Positions 22,488 to 35,500 of a stretch of 64,000 nt of DNA are shown here, piece after piece (within the stretch, counting starts at the first letter, position 1; every line of letters begins with the position of its first letter). Where the stretch lies: positions 62,001 to 126,000 of the forward strand of contig JAUCBJ010007926.1 in the NCBI GenBank assembly GCA_032718475.1, given 5' to 3'. Made by a program: the position numbers and the translations under genes. The notes beneath the pieces were generated by a model, which saw nothing but the letters and a program-made list of their open reading frames with translations, was not told where the DNA came from and made no database searches. The stretch is from Nemertoderma westbladi. Its lineage: Eukaryota; Animalia; Xenacoelomorpha.

Positions 22488-24849
22488 CAGAAGGCCAACA
22501 TCTCAGGGGTACATGTGATAACCAGACCAGACGGATGGACAAACACATCACTCCTGTGGACTGTGGGAGGGTTCCGATTTTCCAATGAAACAACAAAATT
22601 CCGAAGATCTGTACGGGGACAATGACATATTATTATTATTATTATTTATTATTTATTATTATATTTATTTCAAACTATGAAGGTTCATGAACAGATGATA
22701 ATAAAGCACAACAAATTCCCATAAAATAAACTCAAGGGAAATTATAAAAATGTAATGCACAATTTAAGTATTTTATAACCATAGATATAGACATTGATAG
22801 GTAGATAGATATAACAATAGCTTAACATAATTGGATAGTACTTAAAGTCATATCTGAACGTATATGAACCCAATCTGAACCCAATCTGGACCCAATCTCG
22901 AGAATTATACCAAATCTGAACCCAATATGTTAAGCGATCCAACTTGGTCCGACGCAATCTCTTACTTTTGAACGCAAGCAGAACCTTCAGGACCGTCTGC
23001 TAAGAATATTTTACTGTTACGGGTTTTATATGGCTCTGACAATCACTCGCTCCTTTCTCTGTTGATTTCTCAACAGAGAGCTAACTGTTCGAATTTATAA
23101 GCCAAACAGCAGCAACCAAAACAATAAATCTGGTGGTCTTGCACTCGACGTTCACTTTCCACAGAGAAATACATGCAGTTATCGGGCGGAATAATGTCGA
23201 TTTTGAGAATATTTTAATATCATAATGGGATAGGCTATTCATTCGTCCTAATGTCAAAACTTGGCCTTACGCTGGCTTTAGGCCAGCAAATTTACTACTG
23301 CGTATACTAGCTACCACTGTCAGCCCGCTAACCCGCTATTTTCAAATAACCGCCTAGCGTTGAATATTCTACTGTATTTCTAAGAGTAATTTACCCAACT
23401 ATTCTCCGCTATGCTGCGTACAAACTCTTAATTTTATTCTAACATGCTAAATAAACTACAGTGTCATAAAATACGAATTTGCGTACTAATTACTAAGTAT
23501 TCCAGAATACGTATTACTAATTATTACGTTACTGAGTTATACTAGCAACAGCCTAAATACTGTATTATTTTGACCTAATAGCAATTAATAAGCATAAACT
23601 AAGAAATAGAAAACAATCAAGAGAAAATAGCGTGAACTTAAACATTACATTCAAACATCAGGCACTCTTCAGCAATACAACATAAAATAGCGTTAGCAAC
23701 AGAGCTGGTAGTGCTATCGACAGCGCTAGTAGTGCTAGTCAGCTAGTGTCAACTAGTATATAAACCAGTGTAAGGAGTAAGGGCCACCCAAGCTACATGT
23801 GGTCCTCCGAACTAAACCCGCTATTACTACCCTAGTACTGCAAAGTTGAGACGAAGTCTGGATGGTCAGCCCCCAAATACTGTAGTGACGACCGGTCCCC
23901 AGTCCCTAATTAATTACACCGACCACAACTACCGGCCCCCGCCAGCGTTGCCCAACATTGAATCATGCACTCCTCCATCCGTCGCTTCCACGGTGTGCCC
24001 ACTACACCTACTGGTACCCTTAGCCCGTCATGCTAAAGCGAATAGTTACCGTATCGGCGCATGCATTTACAAACAGTCTGACTGTTGAAAGGGAAATCCT
24101 TGTAAGGATTTGCTACTTCGCAATCACAAAGATTAGAGAAATCAAGAGTCAATGCGAGAAGATCATTATTCAAAGTTGTAATCAAAAAGGCATAACAGTA
24201 GAAATCAGCATTTAACAATTTACAGAATTAGCAGAATTAACAAGCAAGAAGATTGAAAACATTAAATCAACTAACACGTGCACAGTACCGCTGTACTGGT
24301 GTACTGATACACTGAACTATACAGGTACACACTGACACTGACAAAATATATAGGTATGACGCAATGGTTATATCATTGGTCCAACAAATTCTACCACCAT
24401 TAGACCAACCTAAAATAGTTAGGCCAATGGGATAGCCGGATCGTGATCCTATGCTTCCCCTTTTCTCAAATTATTACCATATATAGTAATGAATCTGTCT
24501 CGGTGGGCTTATAGGTTTATGGCCATACCATTAATTTCGCGATTATTAAAGCACATTTAGCATTAATTTAGTACAACACCAGTTTGTAGAGAAATATAAA
24601 AGTACAAATTAGTACAATTAGTACAAATACACATTAAGTTTGGTCAATGTCAATAAACGGCAAATTCATATTAATGTTTTATGAAAGTTTGCCACCGTAA
24701 ATTTATGTACTAAGGTTTTATTATAAAATTACATACGTAGGGCTACATACTGTACAAAATCGAATGAATAATATAAACTCGTGTATTTTATTCTCCCTAT
24801 CTAATGAATGCTGTACATCGATATAACTTATCTAATCGCTCCATACTGT

Positions 24850-25100
24850 ATAATGGGCTGTGGGGCGAGCCACGAAGTGAGTGAGCCTTAGCGTAGTGGT
24901 ACCATTAATCAACCTGTCGTTCTGTCGTTCTGTCGTTCTGTCGTTCTGTCGTGTTCAATTTTAAACGTTAATAACTCGGCCAATCTTTGATGAAATCTAT
25001 CCAAACTTGGTACACATGTTGTTTGGCAAAAGTTTAGAAATTTTCCAAGTAGAATTTCAGTGTGGCCTTCGAGAAGCTAAGATAATAGCAGTTAATTAGT
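24850..25100 (+). mobile_element. Possible Helentron/DINE-like non-autonomous element fragment
   Basis: gcgagccacgaagtgagtgagc head, (CTGTCGTT)n microsatellite 24914-24951, then taactc...ccaaacttggtacacatg; resemblance from memory only. Confidence 0.35.
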
Positions 25101-26745
25101 TAATTAAGTTATTACGGTAAAAACACCATTTTCAACCTGCCTTTTAAAGGAAATTAATTGTTTTACAGTATAAGATTTAAATAATTATAATTAAAAATTA
25201 TACAGATGTAATCCCCATACGCCATTCTATTATAGTTTTTAATTAGTTCAAGTGATTTGCTTTAATAATTGTGTCTTTAATTGATCTAAAGTAATTAAAA
25301 CGGCAAAAAAAATGTATTCTCATTAAATACTGCTCATTTATTGGCCAACATGCTGGTACATAGATGGGATGTGTGTGTCATTCCCAGTTGCTGGGAATGA
25401 TTATTGGTCAAGTCTCTGCTGCTGGCTGGGAGTTGTTGCTAAGACTAACCAGAGAGGGATAGTAATAGACAACCAGTATTGCTATTCCAGCCCAGACAGC
25501 ATTCTTTAAATTCACTATAAATGTTGTATTGCTATCTCAGGTGAATGACAGATATCATAACATAAATACTATCCATGGCATGGCTGTTGTGTAGGCTTCT
25601 GAAATAGTTTATTCCACAATGTATATGTCTGGTTATTTTTTAATTGAATTTTTGCAAAGTAGTAAAATTAATGTTCTTAAAAATAATATTATTATTTTAT
25701 ATGTAACCTAGGAAATTAGCTACATTTTTTCGCTGCAGCTTTAAGAGTGTACATTAATTTAATATTATTTCAATACCCATATTACTACATCGGCATAAGA
25801 TGCGTTGGCGTTGTATCACACATCTCCACATATCACACTTATCCACATAGATGTATCAACAGTTACTCGCACAGTTTCGAAACTTCGCATAGTTATAACT
25901 GTATAAAGATCGTCAGTCTGCGTTTAGGAAAAATATTTTATAACAAAACAGGACAAGCGACGAGCGCAACGAGGCATATAATGAAGACGAGTACTGCGTT
26001 GACTAAATTATTATATAAACCACCTGGCTTCACATATTGATCGCATCCCTAGTTATTATTATTATAAAGAACGTCCTAGCCTGCGTTTAAGAAATATATT
26101 TAAATACAAAACAGGACGAACGCAACGAGGCTTATAATGAATACGAGTACTGCGTTTATTATATTCCTATAAACCACCTGGCTTTGCATATTGAACGTGC
26201 GATTGGAAATAAGTTCGTGCTACCCTTCCGTGGGTGGTAGATGTCGCGGTTATGTATTGGTGGTTGGGAAGGGTGGGGGGGGGATTAAAAGGGGTGAACA
26301 CGTACTGTCCCCCTTTCTTTGATTGATTGGTGGTGTGGGTAAATTTCTCAAAACCTGATTTTGTGATACAGTCGCTCAATTTTAATTTGTATCTCATAAC
26401 TGGGCCTCGTGCTGCGCGAAGGCCCCACGAACGTGTTCTGGTACACAGCGCCATATATCGTAACACCGCTCCAAGGGAAACAAGTAATGTTTCCCTCCAA
26501 TTGTAGAAGAAATAGGGCGATGTGAAATAACAAAATAAATTTACTTTCACATAAATCAAACAACTCGGTTCTATAATAATCACGTACAAAATATTGCCAT
26601 TTATATTGCATAATGATTACTACATACAAATTAATATAAAATATTGCTACTGTTATTGCATAATGATTACTACATACAAATTAATACTAATTAAATTACA
26701 AAAATATACCTTCTTTCATGTATTTACAAATTAACAATCTATTAA

Positions 26746-28297
26746 CCCTATTAAACCCGGGGGGGGGTCAATATGACCCCCCCGTGGTTTTTTTATTATA
26801 ATTCTGAAACAAACGCAGTTGGGAATCTGAAAGTTTATGACTTTTCCTAAAAATCTATTGTCTTCCTAGTAGTAAAAACCGTTTTCAAAAATATTGGGTA
26901 CTTTTCGAGTTATAGCACCATTTTTTAACCCTACTTTTGGTACTTTTTTTGAGACGTTTTTTGAAAATTACATTTCATTAAATATGAATTGTAACATCTC
27001 TATTTTTGATTTACACCGGTTTTTTGGTGTTAGAAATTTGATGGAATTTATATAAATTGATTTAGAAATTTCAAACTTGTTTTTTTCGGTGGGTGCCAAA
27101 TTTTGGTGCCAGCACCAAATTTCGAAATAATTCAATTTTGTAAATTGATCGTTTGAAACTTGTTTTTTACGCAATTGGGGTTTTTTGGGTTTCTGGATTC
27201 GATGAAATATATACGAGTTGCACCAAGCGTATCAAACTTGTATTTTTCGGTGCTGTGTGCAAATTTTGGTGCTAGCACGAAATTTTGAAAATACATTCAA
27301 TAGATAAAATTGCTTGTGACAATTTATTTCTTGCGTTTTAGAGGTTTATGGCTGTTCTGAATTCAATGGAAAATATAATTATCGATCTAGACATCTCAAA
27401 CTTGTATTTTTCGGATGTGGGTGCAAAATTTGGTGCTAGCACCAAATTTTGAAAACCATCAAATATATCAATTGATTGTGTCACCTTGTTTCTTGCGTTA
27501 TACGGGTTTGTGATGGTTCTGAATTCAATGGAATCAGTAAAAATTTCATAAGAGTTCTCAAACTTGTATTTTTCGCCGGTGGGTGATAATTGTTGTGCCA
27601 GCACCAAATTTTGGAAAATATGCAAATTGATAAGTAGATAGTATCACCTTGTTTCTTGCGTTATACGGGTTTATGAGGGTCCTGAATCCGATGGAATCAA
27701 TAAAAACAGCACTGGACATCGCAAACTTGTACTTTTTGGTGATGGGTACGAAATTTGGTGCTAGCACCAAAATTTGCCAAATTACGCCGAAAAATACAAG
27801 TAGCAATGATCTGGCATATTAGAAATGTATTCCATTAGAATCAGCGCCCTCGAAAACCTGAAAATGTGAATTTATAGCATCGTATAAGTGAATTACAAAT
27901 TTTGTGTTCTAACTGAAAAGTGCTGGTTACTTGTTTTTTTCATTTTTTTCCTACGCAGAGAGGACTAAACAGCCATTTATAGTAATCATATCATTTTTTA
28001 ATATTTTCCAATGTATTTTGCACCCCAGAAAACCTGTATTGAAAAATAATTAGCCGAAAATGTAACTTTCAAATTTGGTGAAAATTGTGCACTACTTGTA
28101 ATTTTGGTGCTGCAATATAACCACCCCATTACATTTTTTCGAAAATTTTTTTTTTCGGTCGGATCCAGACAAGTGATACCTACGTACAAACAAAAAATCA
28201 GACGATTTCGTAAATATTTGTAGATTTTAGAGGGGGGGGGTCAATATGACCCCTCCCCGGTATTTGTACAACATTTTATAGCCCGGTACTAATAGGG
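26746..28297. mobile_element. piggyBac-like MITE (~1.55 kb), clean insertion
   Basis: TTAA flanks, TIR ccctatta/taataggg, subterminal gggggtcaatatgacccc, internal repeats with palindrome aaatttggtgctagcaccaaattt; inverted copy at 39599-41160. Confidence 0.9.
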
Positions 28298-28565
28298 TTA
28301 AGGCTAATTTAGTCAACTAAATATTATTGTGTTTAAAGCCGATAATCAAACTAAATATAAAATTACATAATAAATTCTTTCATTTCGGACACTTTACTTA
28401 ATGTATAAAAAACGCAATCACCCTTAAATTTGGTGATCGCTCAGGTAGGTGAAAGGAATAAGCCAAACCCGCAGGTTTGTCTCTCCAATCACCTCCTTCG
28501 CCTACTTCAACAATTTTAGAACGAATATGATTATTATGTGTATATGAGTCCAGTGGGATATATAA

Positions 28566-29656
28566 TTAAAGCCTACAATATACACCAGAGCGATGATGAT
28601 GCATATATTTACAGTTTTGTCGCTCCTTGATGTTATGTGGCATCACTGGCTGGCTCCTGGGTCTCTCGGGCTCGCTCCTCTCTTTCATCCCCTTCCCAGA
28701 TACACTAACATTCCTCCGGTAGATTCCAACGATGGCGTTCTCAAGGCGTCGCTTCCTGGGACAGGTGCGATGAGGACGATCCCTGAGCGCTAACGAGTTC
28801 CTGGCTAATGCTCCTTCCTCGGCGTTGCCCCATTTGCCGCGTCGCTGCGGGCGCCTCTGCCAACTCTTCCTTCTGTGATTGCACACGTGCCCTTTCAGAC
28901 GTCCCCTGCGCTTTGCGCTGCAGCCGCTGAGCGTCAATGATTTCGTGGAACCTTCGCTTGGTGTTTACTGAGGACCGCTCCATCAGCTCCCTGCCGTGAG
29001 CTATGAGCTCCAGCAGTCGTTGCGGTGGGCGCATCAGCCCGCTGCTCCGCTATCCGTTCGGCGGTCAATGACCCTAAGGAATTCGTTCCTGTATTGGATG
29101 GCCGCCACCCTCCAATCGCCCCGCGCGCGCACCACCTTCCTTGTCTCTGAGAATAATCCATTTGTGATCCTGTCACAAATATCGATAAAGTTCCAAGTAT
29201 ATTTATTGTCCATATTAAGTTGTCTGAAGTATGATCTGATAACCACAACTCCAGTGTTCTGCGGAAGATCTTGAGCAGTTAACATTAATTCTTGGTACTG
29301 GGGTAGCGATTGTAGGTAGGGCTCGTACGCTACATGTGAAGGATCCTCTGCCCAGAATCCATAGCCCGCCTTAAACGGCAGCCACCTCATCTGGGCCTGA
29401 ATATGGTGATCCCGCGTCTTCCCACTTATCTAACATCTCTCGAAGTAAGTTAGCGCTATGGTTCTGAAAGGCATCATCACAGAGCTGACACTTCGAGCTG
29501 AGGTTTCCCTTCACCCCACAATATCCACACTGAGAAATGAAGACGGTACATGTATAGAATGAATGGTCAGTCTCGTTACACCAATGGCAAACCTTATGCG
29601 CTGCTTCAACCACAGCCTCACACGTCTTCTGACTGTGTCTTGTGCTACTGCACTGA
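28566..29656 (-). pseudogene. 3' fragment of 'exo-B' gene (zinc knuckles and C-terminus)
   Basis: VEAAHKVCHWCNETDHSFYTC, MRWLPFKAGYGFW, RARGDWR match ORF 60468-61559; frameshifted. Confidence 0.85.
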
Positions 29657-30499
29657 AAAGTCCAGCAGTATACCGCCTACCGGATCCTAGTAACGATGTA
29701 TCTTGCTGTAAGATCTACTAGTGTATACAGGCTCATACAGTATCTGACAATAAATCCCAGTCCAGGGTGTCTAAATAAACAGATACTAAATACGCAAACT
29801 ACTACTGGCGAGGAACGGAGCCTGGTGTCTATTCTAATACGTGGGCGAGTCAAATGCCCGGCGAACTAGACAAAACAGGATACCCGGCCTCTAACCAGTG
29901 AGGCAGATGTGCAGTCTGTTGTATTGTATGTAATAAAGATAATGTCTATTCGATGATAATACATTATAATATGCATTCTAAACTATACTTCAATATATAT
30001 ATTTGAATCACACAGAAGTTAGTTAGTTTCATTCATTGGTTAAGCTAGTAATTATGGTTGTCATGCGACATCAAGCGATTAATGTAAGAACTCTTTACAT
30101 GACTAGGTATAACACAGTCTACGGTGACAGACAAAAGAATCAATGACAAGGAATCAATCCCCACGCAGCGAATCCTAACTATCGCTAACGGACCTAAATA
30201 CCGTAAACTTGCCGTGGTGTGATTTATATGGTTTATATACGAGCTAGTGGATTAACAGACTAGCATAACAATACGGACAGTACAAATCAGTCAAAAGGGG
30301 TCGTGCCTAAAGTACCGATACTGTTGACAGAAAACACAGTCAAATAAGTAAATACTCCTCTTGCCGTAAAACTTAATATGTAATATCTCTCTCTAATTTA
30401 CGAACTACGAATAGTAAAACTACAGGATAGATCCTACTGGAAAGTAACCTAAAGTAAGCTATAACTAGTAGGGCTCGAAGGGATATATATGTTTTAGGG

Positions 30500-30537
<38 letters not shown>

Positions 30538-30957
30538 GAATAAAACAATTTTGGTGTACTCCGTTGTACTAGGTTTTACCGGGAGTGTACCGGGCACTAG
30601 CTACTAAAATAAGCTAGTCGCGCTCTGTAGGGCGTAATACTTACAAAATGACATCAAAGCTCTCTCCTTCCTATCCACAACTCAACCGGGCAATTATGGT
30701 GTTAGTAACTACACCCGTGATCGGCACAAATGGTCTGGTTGTAAGATAAGAAATAGTTGTTAATTGGTACCGTACGTTAGCTGATCTGGTATGCAAATTT
30801 GATTCTAGAATTTTGTTGCCGCGGTGGTTAGCAGCAATACCTATCAGTATGTGGCAAGGCGCAGTAGGGTATTAATAAACCTCCCTAGGCCAAGCATGTG
30901 CCGGTAGCAGGAATACTCCTTGCCTGATCAAATATCTCGGGCTCAGACAGGGGGGGG

Positions 30958-31018
30958 GGATCGGCATGCTGCATTGCAGCTGCATTTTTAAGAATGCTGT
31001 GCCGGCTTGTCAACAAAA
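30958..31018 (-). mobile_element. 61-bp extreme 3' end of the RTE LINE inside a G-run
   Basis: Matches 41399-41459 (ggatcggcatgctgcattgcagctgcatttttaagaatgctgtgccggcttgtcaacaaaa). Confidence 0.9.
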
Positions 31019-31861
31019 GGGGGGGGGGGGGGTACTAATGTATAAGCTACAAAGTGAACCGGTACCGAACTGTCATTACTACAAATCACTAAATTATGGA
31101 ACATGTGCTGTCTTCACCTAAAGTGTACTTGCGCGTACTGACGAACAGCAATAGTTCACACCTGTAGGGAATACAGGTTAATCCGGGGATTTTGTACTGG
31201 TTCTGTCCAAATCTGAGATATACGATCCTAAATTTTGCGGCGTCCCAGGATGGCGTCACGCTTATCCTGATCTATAGGTCTTACGGCAGGCAAGGGCATA
31301 AAACAAAGTCTTACATTCCTCTGAAGCGGGCGATGCATGGCAAAGGTGGAGTATTTCGAAGGGGCGCGCGGGCGAATCTAATGTGGACGCTTAGCGTGTT
31401 GTGGACATCCTCTCCCTGCATTGCTGATGGCCTAACTGTTTAGGCGGCCATTTCACAAATCCTGCTGCGGCTGTCCTAAAGGTGGACTAGTGGAAATATA
31501 CATGTCTAAGAGTTTACAGTATATTTTCGCAATTTACAAATTTATCACTTTTACTTTACAAAATAATAACTAAACTAAGAATTAGTATATTTGGTAGATA
31601 ATACTAAAGTGTGGGTAGATTGCGTTAACAAGTAAATTGTGGTAAGTTGTGTGATAACCGAAGGCAAACCGGCCCTTATATAGCAAATCTGGGACATAGA
31701 ATCCACTAGAACTTTCCAGGACATTCCATGGCCTCACATTGGAGCAATAAGATGTTCGATGCCCTATGATTGGCCCAACTCATCATTCCACATGTTGTAC
31801 GCACCTCATTGGCTTATCTAATTAATCCGATCGATAATAAAAAGCCCAAAAATGCAAATTT

Positions 31862-31932
31862 CCCAACTGGGATTCGATCCCATAACCTACCTACAATGCA
31901 AGCAACGCCTTAACCCATCTGACCACAGCGCC
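31862..31932 (-). other. tRNA-derived SINE head or tRNA pseudogene
   Basis: Minus strand GGCGCTGTGGTCAGATGGGTTAAGGCG...GGGATCGAATCCC: A-box/B-box like; acceptor and anticodon stems do not pair well. Confidence 0.55.
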
Positions 31933-32485
31933 AATAGAGTCACTGGTGAATTAACGTGTACTAATATGAATTATATTACATTACTGTAATTAAGTCAAAA
32001 TACGTCGGATTTTAGAAAGATTTTACGTTGTACTATAAATTGCTACTTAACAGTGAAATAATCCATCACACACAACTTACATCTACACGCTTGCAGGATC
32101 CAAGCCCTCTCGTATATGATAATAATAATATAATAAAACTTCGTATATTTCCGGTACTCATATATAGGTAAAATACATGAGACAGCACTGCACATTGAAG
32201 TACTTCAGCTGATAATAGAGGAAATACTTGTCAAAGTTCCACAGCAGGGTCAGGCCCACCGAACTACAGTACACAATACTACAGTAGACCGGCAAATAAC
32301 TACTGTACGACTCGGACAGGGACACAGAATCAACAGTTCTCGCTTGAGCCACTCCAGATCATGTAGATTTAATTAATTTCCTCATATCGATTGTAGTGAG
32401 TAAAAAATTTTATTTGAATGATTTTCTTATAATGTTTATATTCTGTAAGTTGCTTTGTAAGTGTTTCAAGTTGGTTCCAAGTAGA

Positions 32486-32572
32486 GTAGCTGCATAGACC
32501 CTCTTACTAGGACAAATCTGGTCCTGTAACTAGGACCCCCTTCGTTCTGGGATAAGGATGCCCTTGGTCCTA
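32486..32572 (+). mobile_element. Isolated fragment of the RTE 5'UTR fused to the truncated end of BEL copy 2
   Basis: Near-exact reverse complement of ~44923-45009. Confidence 0.85.
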
Positions 32573-35500
32573 GACTTGGTTGAACATGCCTTCTATGTCA
32601 CACGTGAAGGCGTGTTTCCCACTCTTAAATCTAAGTAGGACCTCTATGCCCGAGTTGTATATGTTTGGACCTTCTAACAGATAGTCGTTTAAGCATTTTC
32701 CGTTGGTCATTGCCGATGCGTCAACTACCATCCGCAGTTTACCTTTCTTTGGGTCTAAAGCCACGTGGAGTGGCAGGTAATATGTCCTGTCTGTGTTCGG
32801 TTCGTCGACCGGTAACTCCACGGCCCATCCTTTCTCGACGTACTTCTTAATCGTTCTGTGGATGTACTCATTCTTCTCGGGGCTCCGCTTTAGTGTTTGT
32901 TTCAGCTTGCGGAGTCTCGTGAGTACCATCCCTCTATTATCGGGCAGTGGTATCTTCGGTAGTTTCCATACCATTCCTATGGTGTACCGCCCCTCGTCGC
33001 ACTTCATAGACTCTTCTACGCTCTGCTGAGCCTGTTTGTCTTCCACCGAGGTCCCGACCCCGGTCTCCTTTAATCCTTCAAAATCCTGTCTGAGCAGTCT
33101 TTTAAGTTGCTCCTCTGCTCTCTCATCACTCATTTCCTGCATAGTTCCCGCGAACATGCATCCTGATGTTTCCGACATCCTAAATGGTATCTTGCTCTTG
33201 ATTGGGCCACTTAGCGTCTACCCGAATGGTGTCAGTATCGCCACCGGGTCACACTGCTTGTCTTCGCCGAAGACCGTTTGCATTCTTTCGTGGGCCGTTG
33301 GGCAGTCCATTCCTACTATGATGGATACCTTCCTAACGTCCACATCTGGGATTGAGAAGTCAATATCGTCCAGAAATTTATATTGTTCGACCTCGATGTT
33401 GGTTGGCCGTCTGGCATTGATGTTTATTGACTCTATCACTTGGATGGGGTCGATGCTCGCCCCATAGTCGCATCCTGGTGCTATTGCTGCGATGGTGCAC
33501 CGTCCGGTTCTCATCTCCAGGACCTCATCTTTGCTGGAGATGGTTGTTACCGCCATTCTGCTTGGCCTCGTTCTCAATCCTATTTCTTCGGCCACCCAAT
33601 CCTCGACTAGTGTGAAGGCAGCTCCACTATCAACCAGCATTAGTGTTGTTACTGATCGATTGCCTTCTCCAATCACTCGCACGGGTACTACCCCAAGTAG
33701 CACCGTTCCTCTCCTTTTCGCCCCTACTGTGCTCGTTGCCATCGTTTGGCCTTTCCTTTGACCGAACTTGACCGGCGTCTCCTTGCATTGCCTAGCTCTG
33801 TGTCCACTCATCACACATCGCGAGCAGATCTCATTCCTCCTCGCGTAATCTATCTGATCTTGCCTAGGTAGCGCTTGCCAGTACCTGCAGTTCATGGTTT
33901 GATGAAGCGCATTTGTATGTAGCTGGCATTTGGTCTTTGGGTCGTAGCCCTCCTTATACAGTGCATCGCGTATCGCAGCTGCGTTTGTACCAAAGTCCCT
34001 ACTATTCTTATTGTTTGGATTCGGCCTACTGGACGTACTGGGGTTATATTTATTCGTGTTGTTATTGTTCCCCTGTCCGTTCCATGGTGTGGTCTTACTT
34101 TCGGCTACCTGTGGACTTGCAGTCCCCTGCGTCGCTGCATATGGCAGTGATTGCCTGAGCCTCGGTAATGCGTTTGATGTATTGTGCTCTGGTTTCGGTC
34201 TATGGTAATCCGTCTTCGGTCCCTTTCCCAGGCTATCCTCGCTATAGACTGGGTCGGTTATTAGTTCAGCTTCGTAGTTTAAGAAGCTCGACATTTCTTC
34301 TAATCCCGGTTCCGCACCCTTCCTATCTCGAGTGGAGAAAGCAATTTTCCTCCACTTGTTTCACAACCACATCGGTAGTGCCTGCGCTATCGTAGTGATG
34401 TTGTTGGACGCGTTGAGTTCGTATGGCGCGTCTAGCGTCTTTAACACGATCAGCGCCTTCTCGACCTTGTTCGCAAATGTCTTAATGCTAACGGGATTAT
34501 CCTGTAGGCCACCCGATGTTATGCCTCTCAGGGTCTGCCTGATGATCTTGGCTGGATGTCCGTATTCCCTGTCCAGTGCCCGCCATGCCGTCGTGAAGCC
34601 GCCCTCTATGCCCTGATATTGCCTCACGATGTCGTATGCTGGGCCTCCTGTGTATACTTGCAAATACTTTAGGCACTCCGCCTGCGTTAAGTTCTTCGTT
34701 AGTATTTCATTACTATACATACGCCGAAACTGGAGATATTCTTCCTGCCTACTCCCATCGAATTTGAATGGTTCCACAGGTGGTAATTCGATCCTCGTTT
34801 TTAATGCATCGATCAACGTGGCCATCCCCATCGCCTGCGCTTCCAATGGATTCGATGGATGTTGTATAGTTCCTCCTGTTGGGTGCGGTCCGCCCGTTCT
34901 ATTTTCTGCCTTTCTTTGGCTTGGGTATATCATTGGGGGTAGTGGCCCCCTCCATATTTCTGTGTCACACGACCTATTTTCATCCAATGGTCTCGTTGTC
35001 CTTGCTCCTATCGGGGTATATTGTTGATATTGCGATGGGGGAATGTCACCCTGTCCCCCCCCCCCCCCACCGGTATGTATGGTATTGGGGTTGATGTTAA
35101 TATATTGGGGCCCATGCATCTATCCGCAATAATTCCCCCCTCCCCTGGGTATATGTTATATCCTTTCGTGCTGTAGTCATATTGCTGCACTGGTACCGGT
35201 ATAGGCCTATCAGCTTCTGGCCTACCTACCAGTATGTACTCCGCGACTTCCGGGTTTAATTCCGTCATCCGCGCTATCCTATCGCCTACATTATTCCTGT
35301 CAGCATGGCCTACGGTATGTGCAGTAAGGCCTACAGTATGTCCTACAGTCTGTATGTATTGCTCGGGATCGAAGTTTATTCTTCTCGAATAATCCTCCCC
35401 GCGGTTACCGTACTCTCGATCCGTAGGTATATCCCGTCGGAAAGTTTCTCTTCGACCCTCTCTACCACTCTCGTCTACGTGCCAGTACATCGTGTACCCC

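Noticed and set aside
22700-24400. Possible decayed LINE ORF1 or host exons
   Set aside because: No recognisable motif or convincing splice pattern by eye
26968-28189. Short ORFs in the MITE as a transposase
   Set aside because: No DDE motifs; products of AT-rich internal repeats
29660-31500. Unassigned moderately GC-rich stretch
   Set aside because: No ORF, termini or internal homology I could support, apart from the RTE tail and a (GT)n tract
31862-31932. Functional tRNA gene
   Set aside because: Acceptor and anticodon stems do not form a proper cloverleaf
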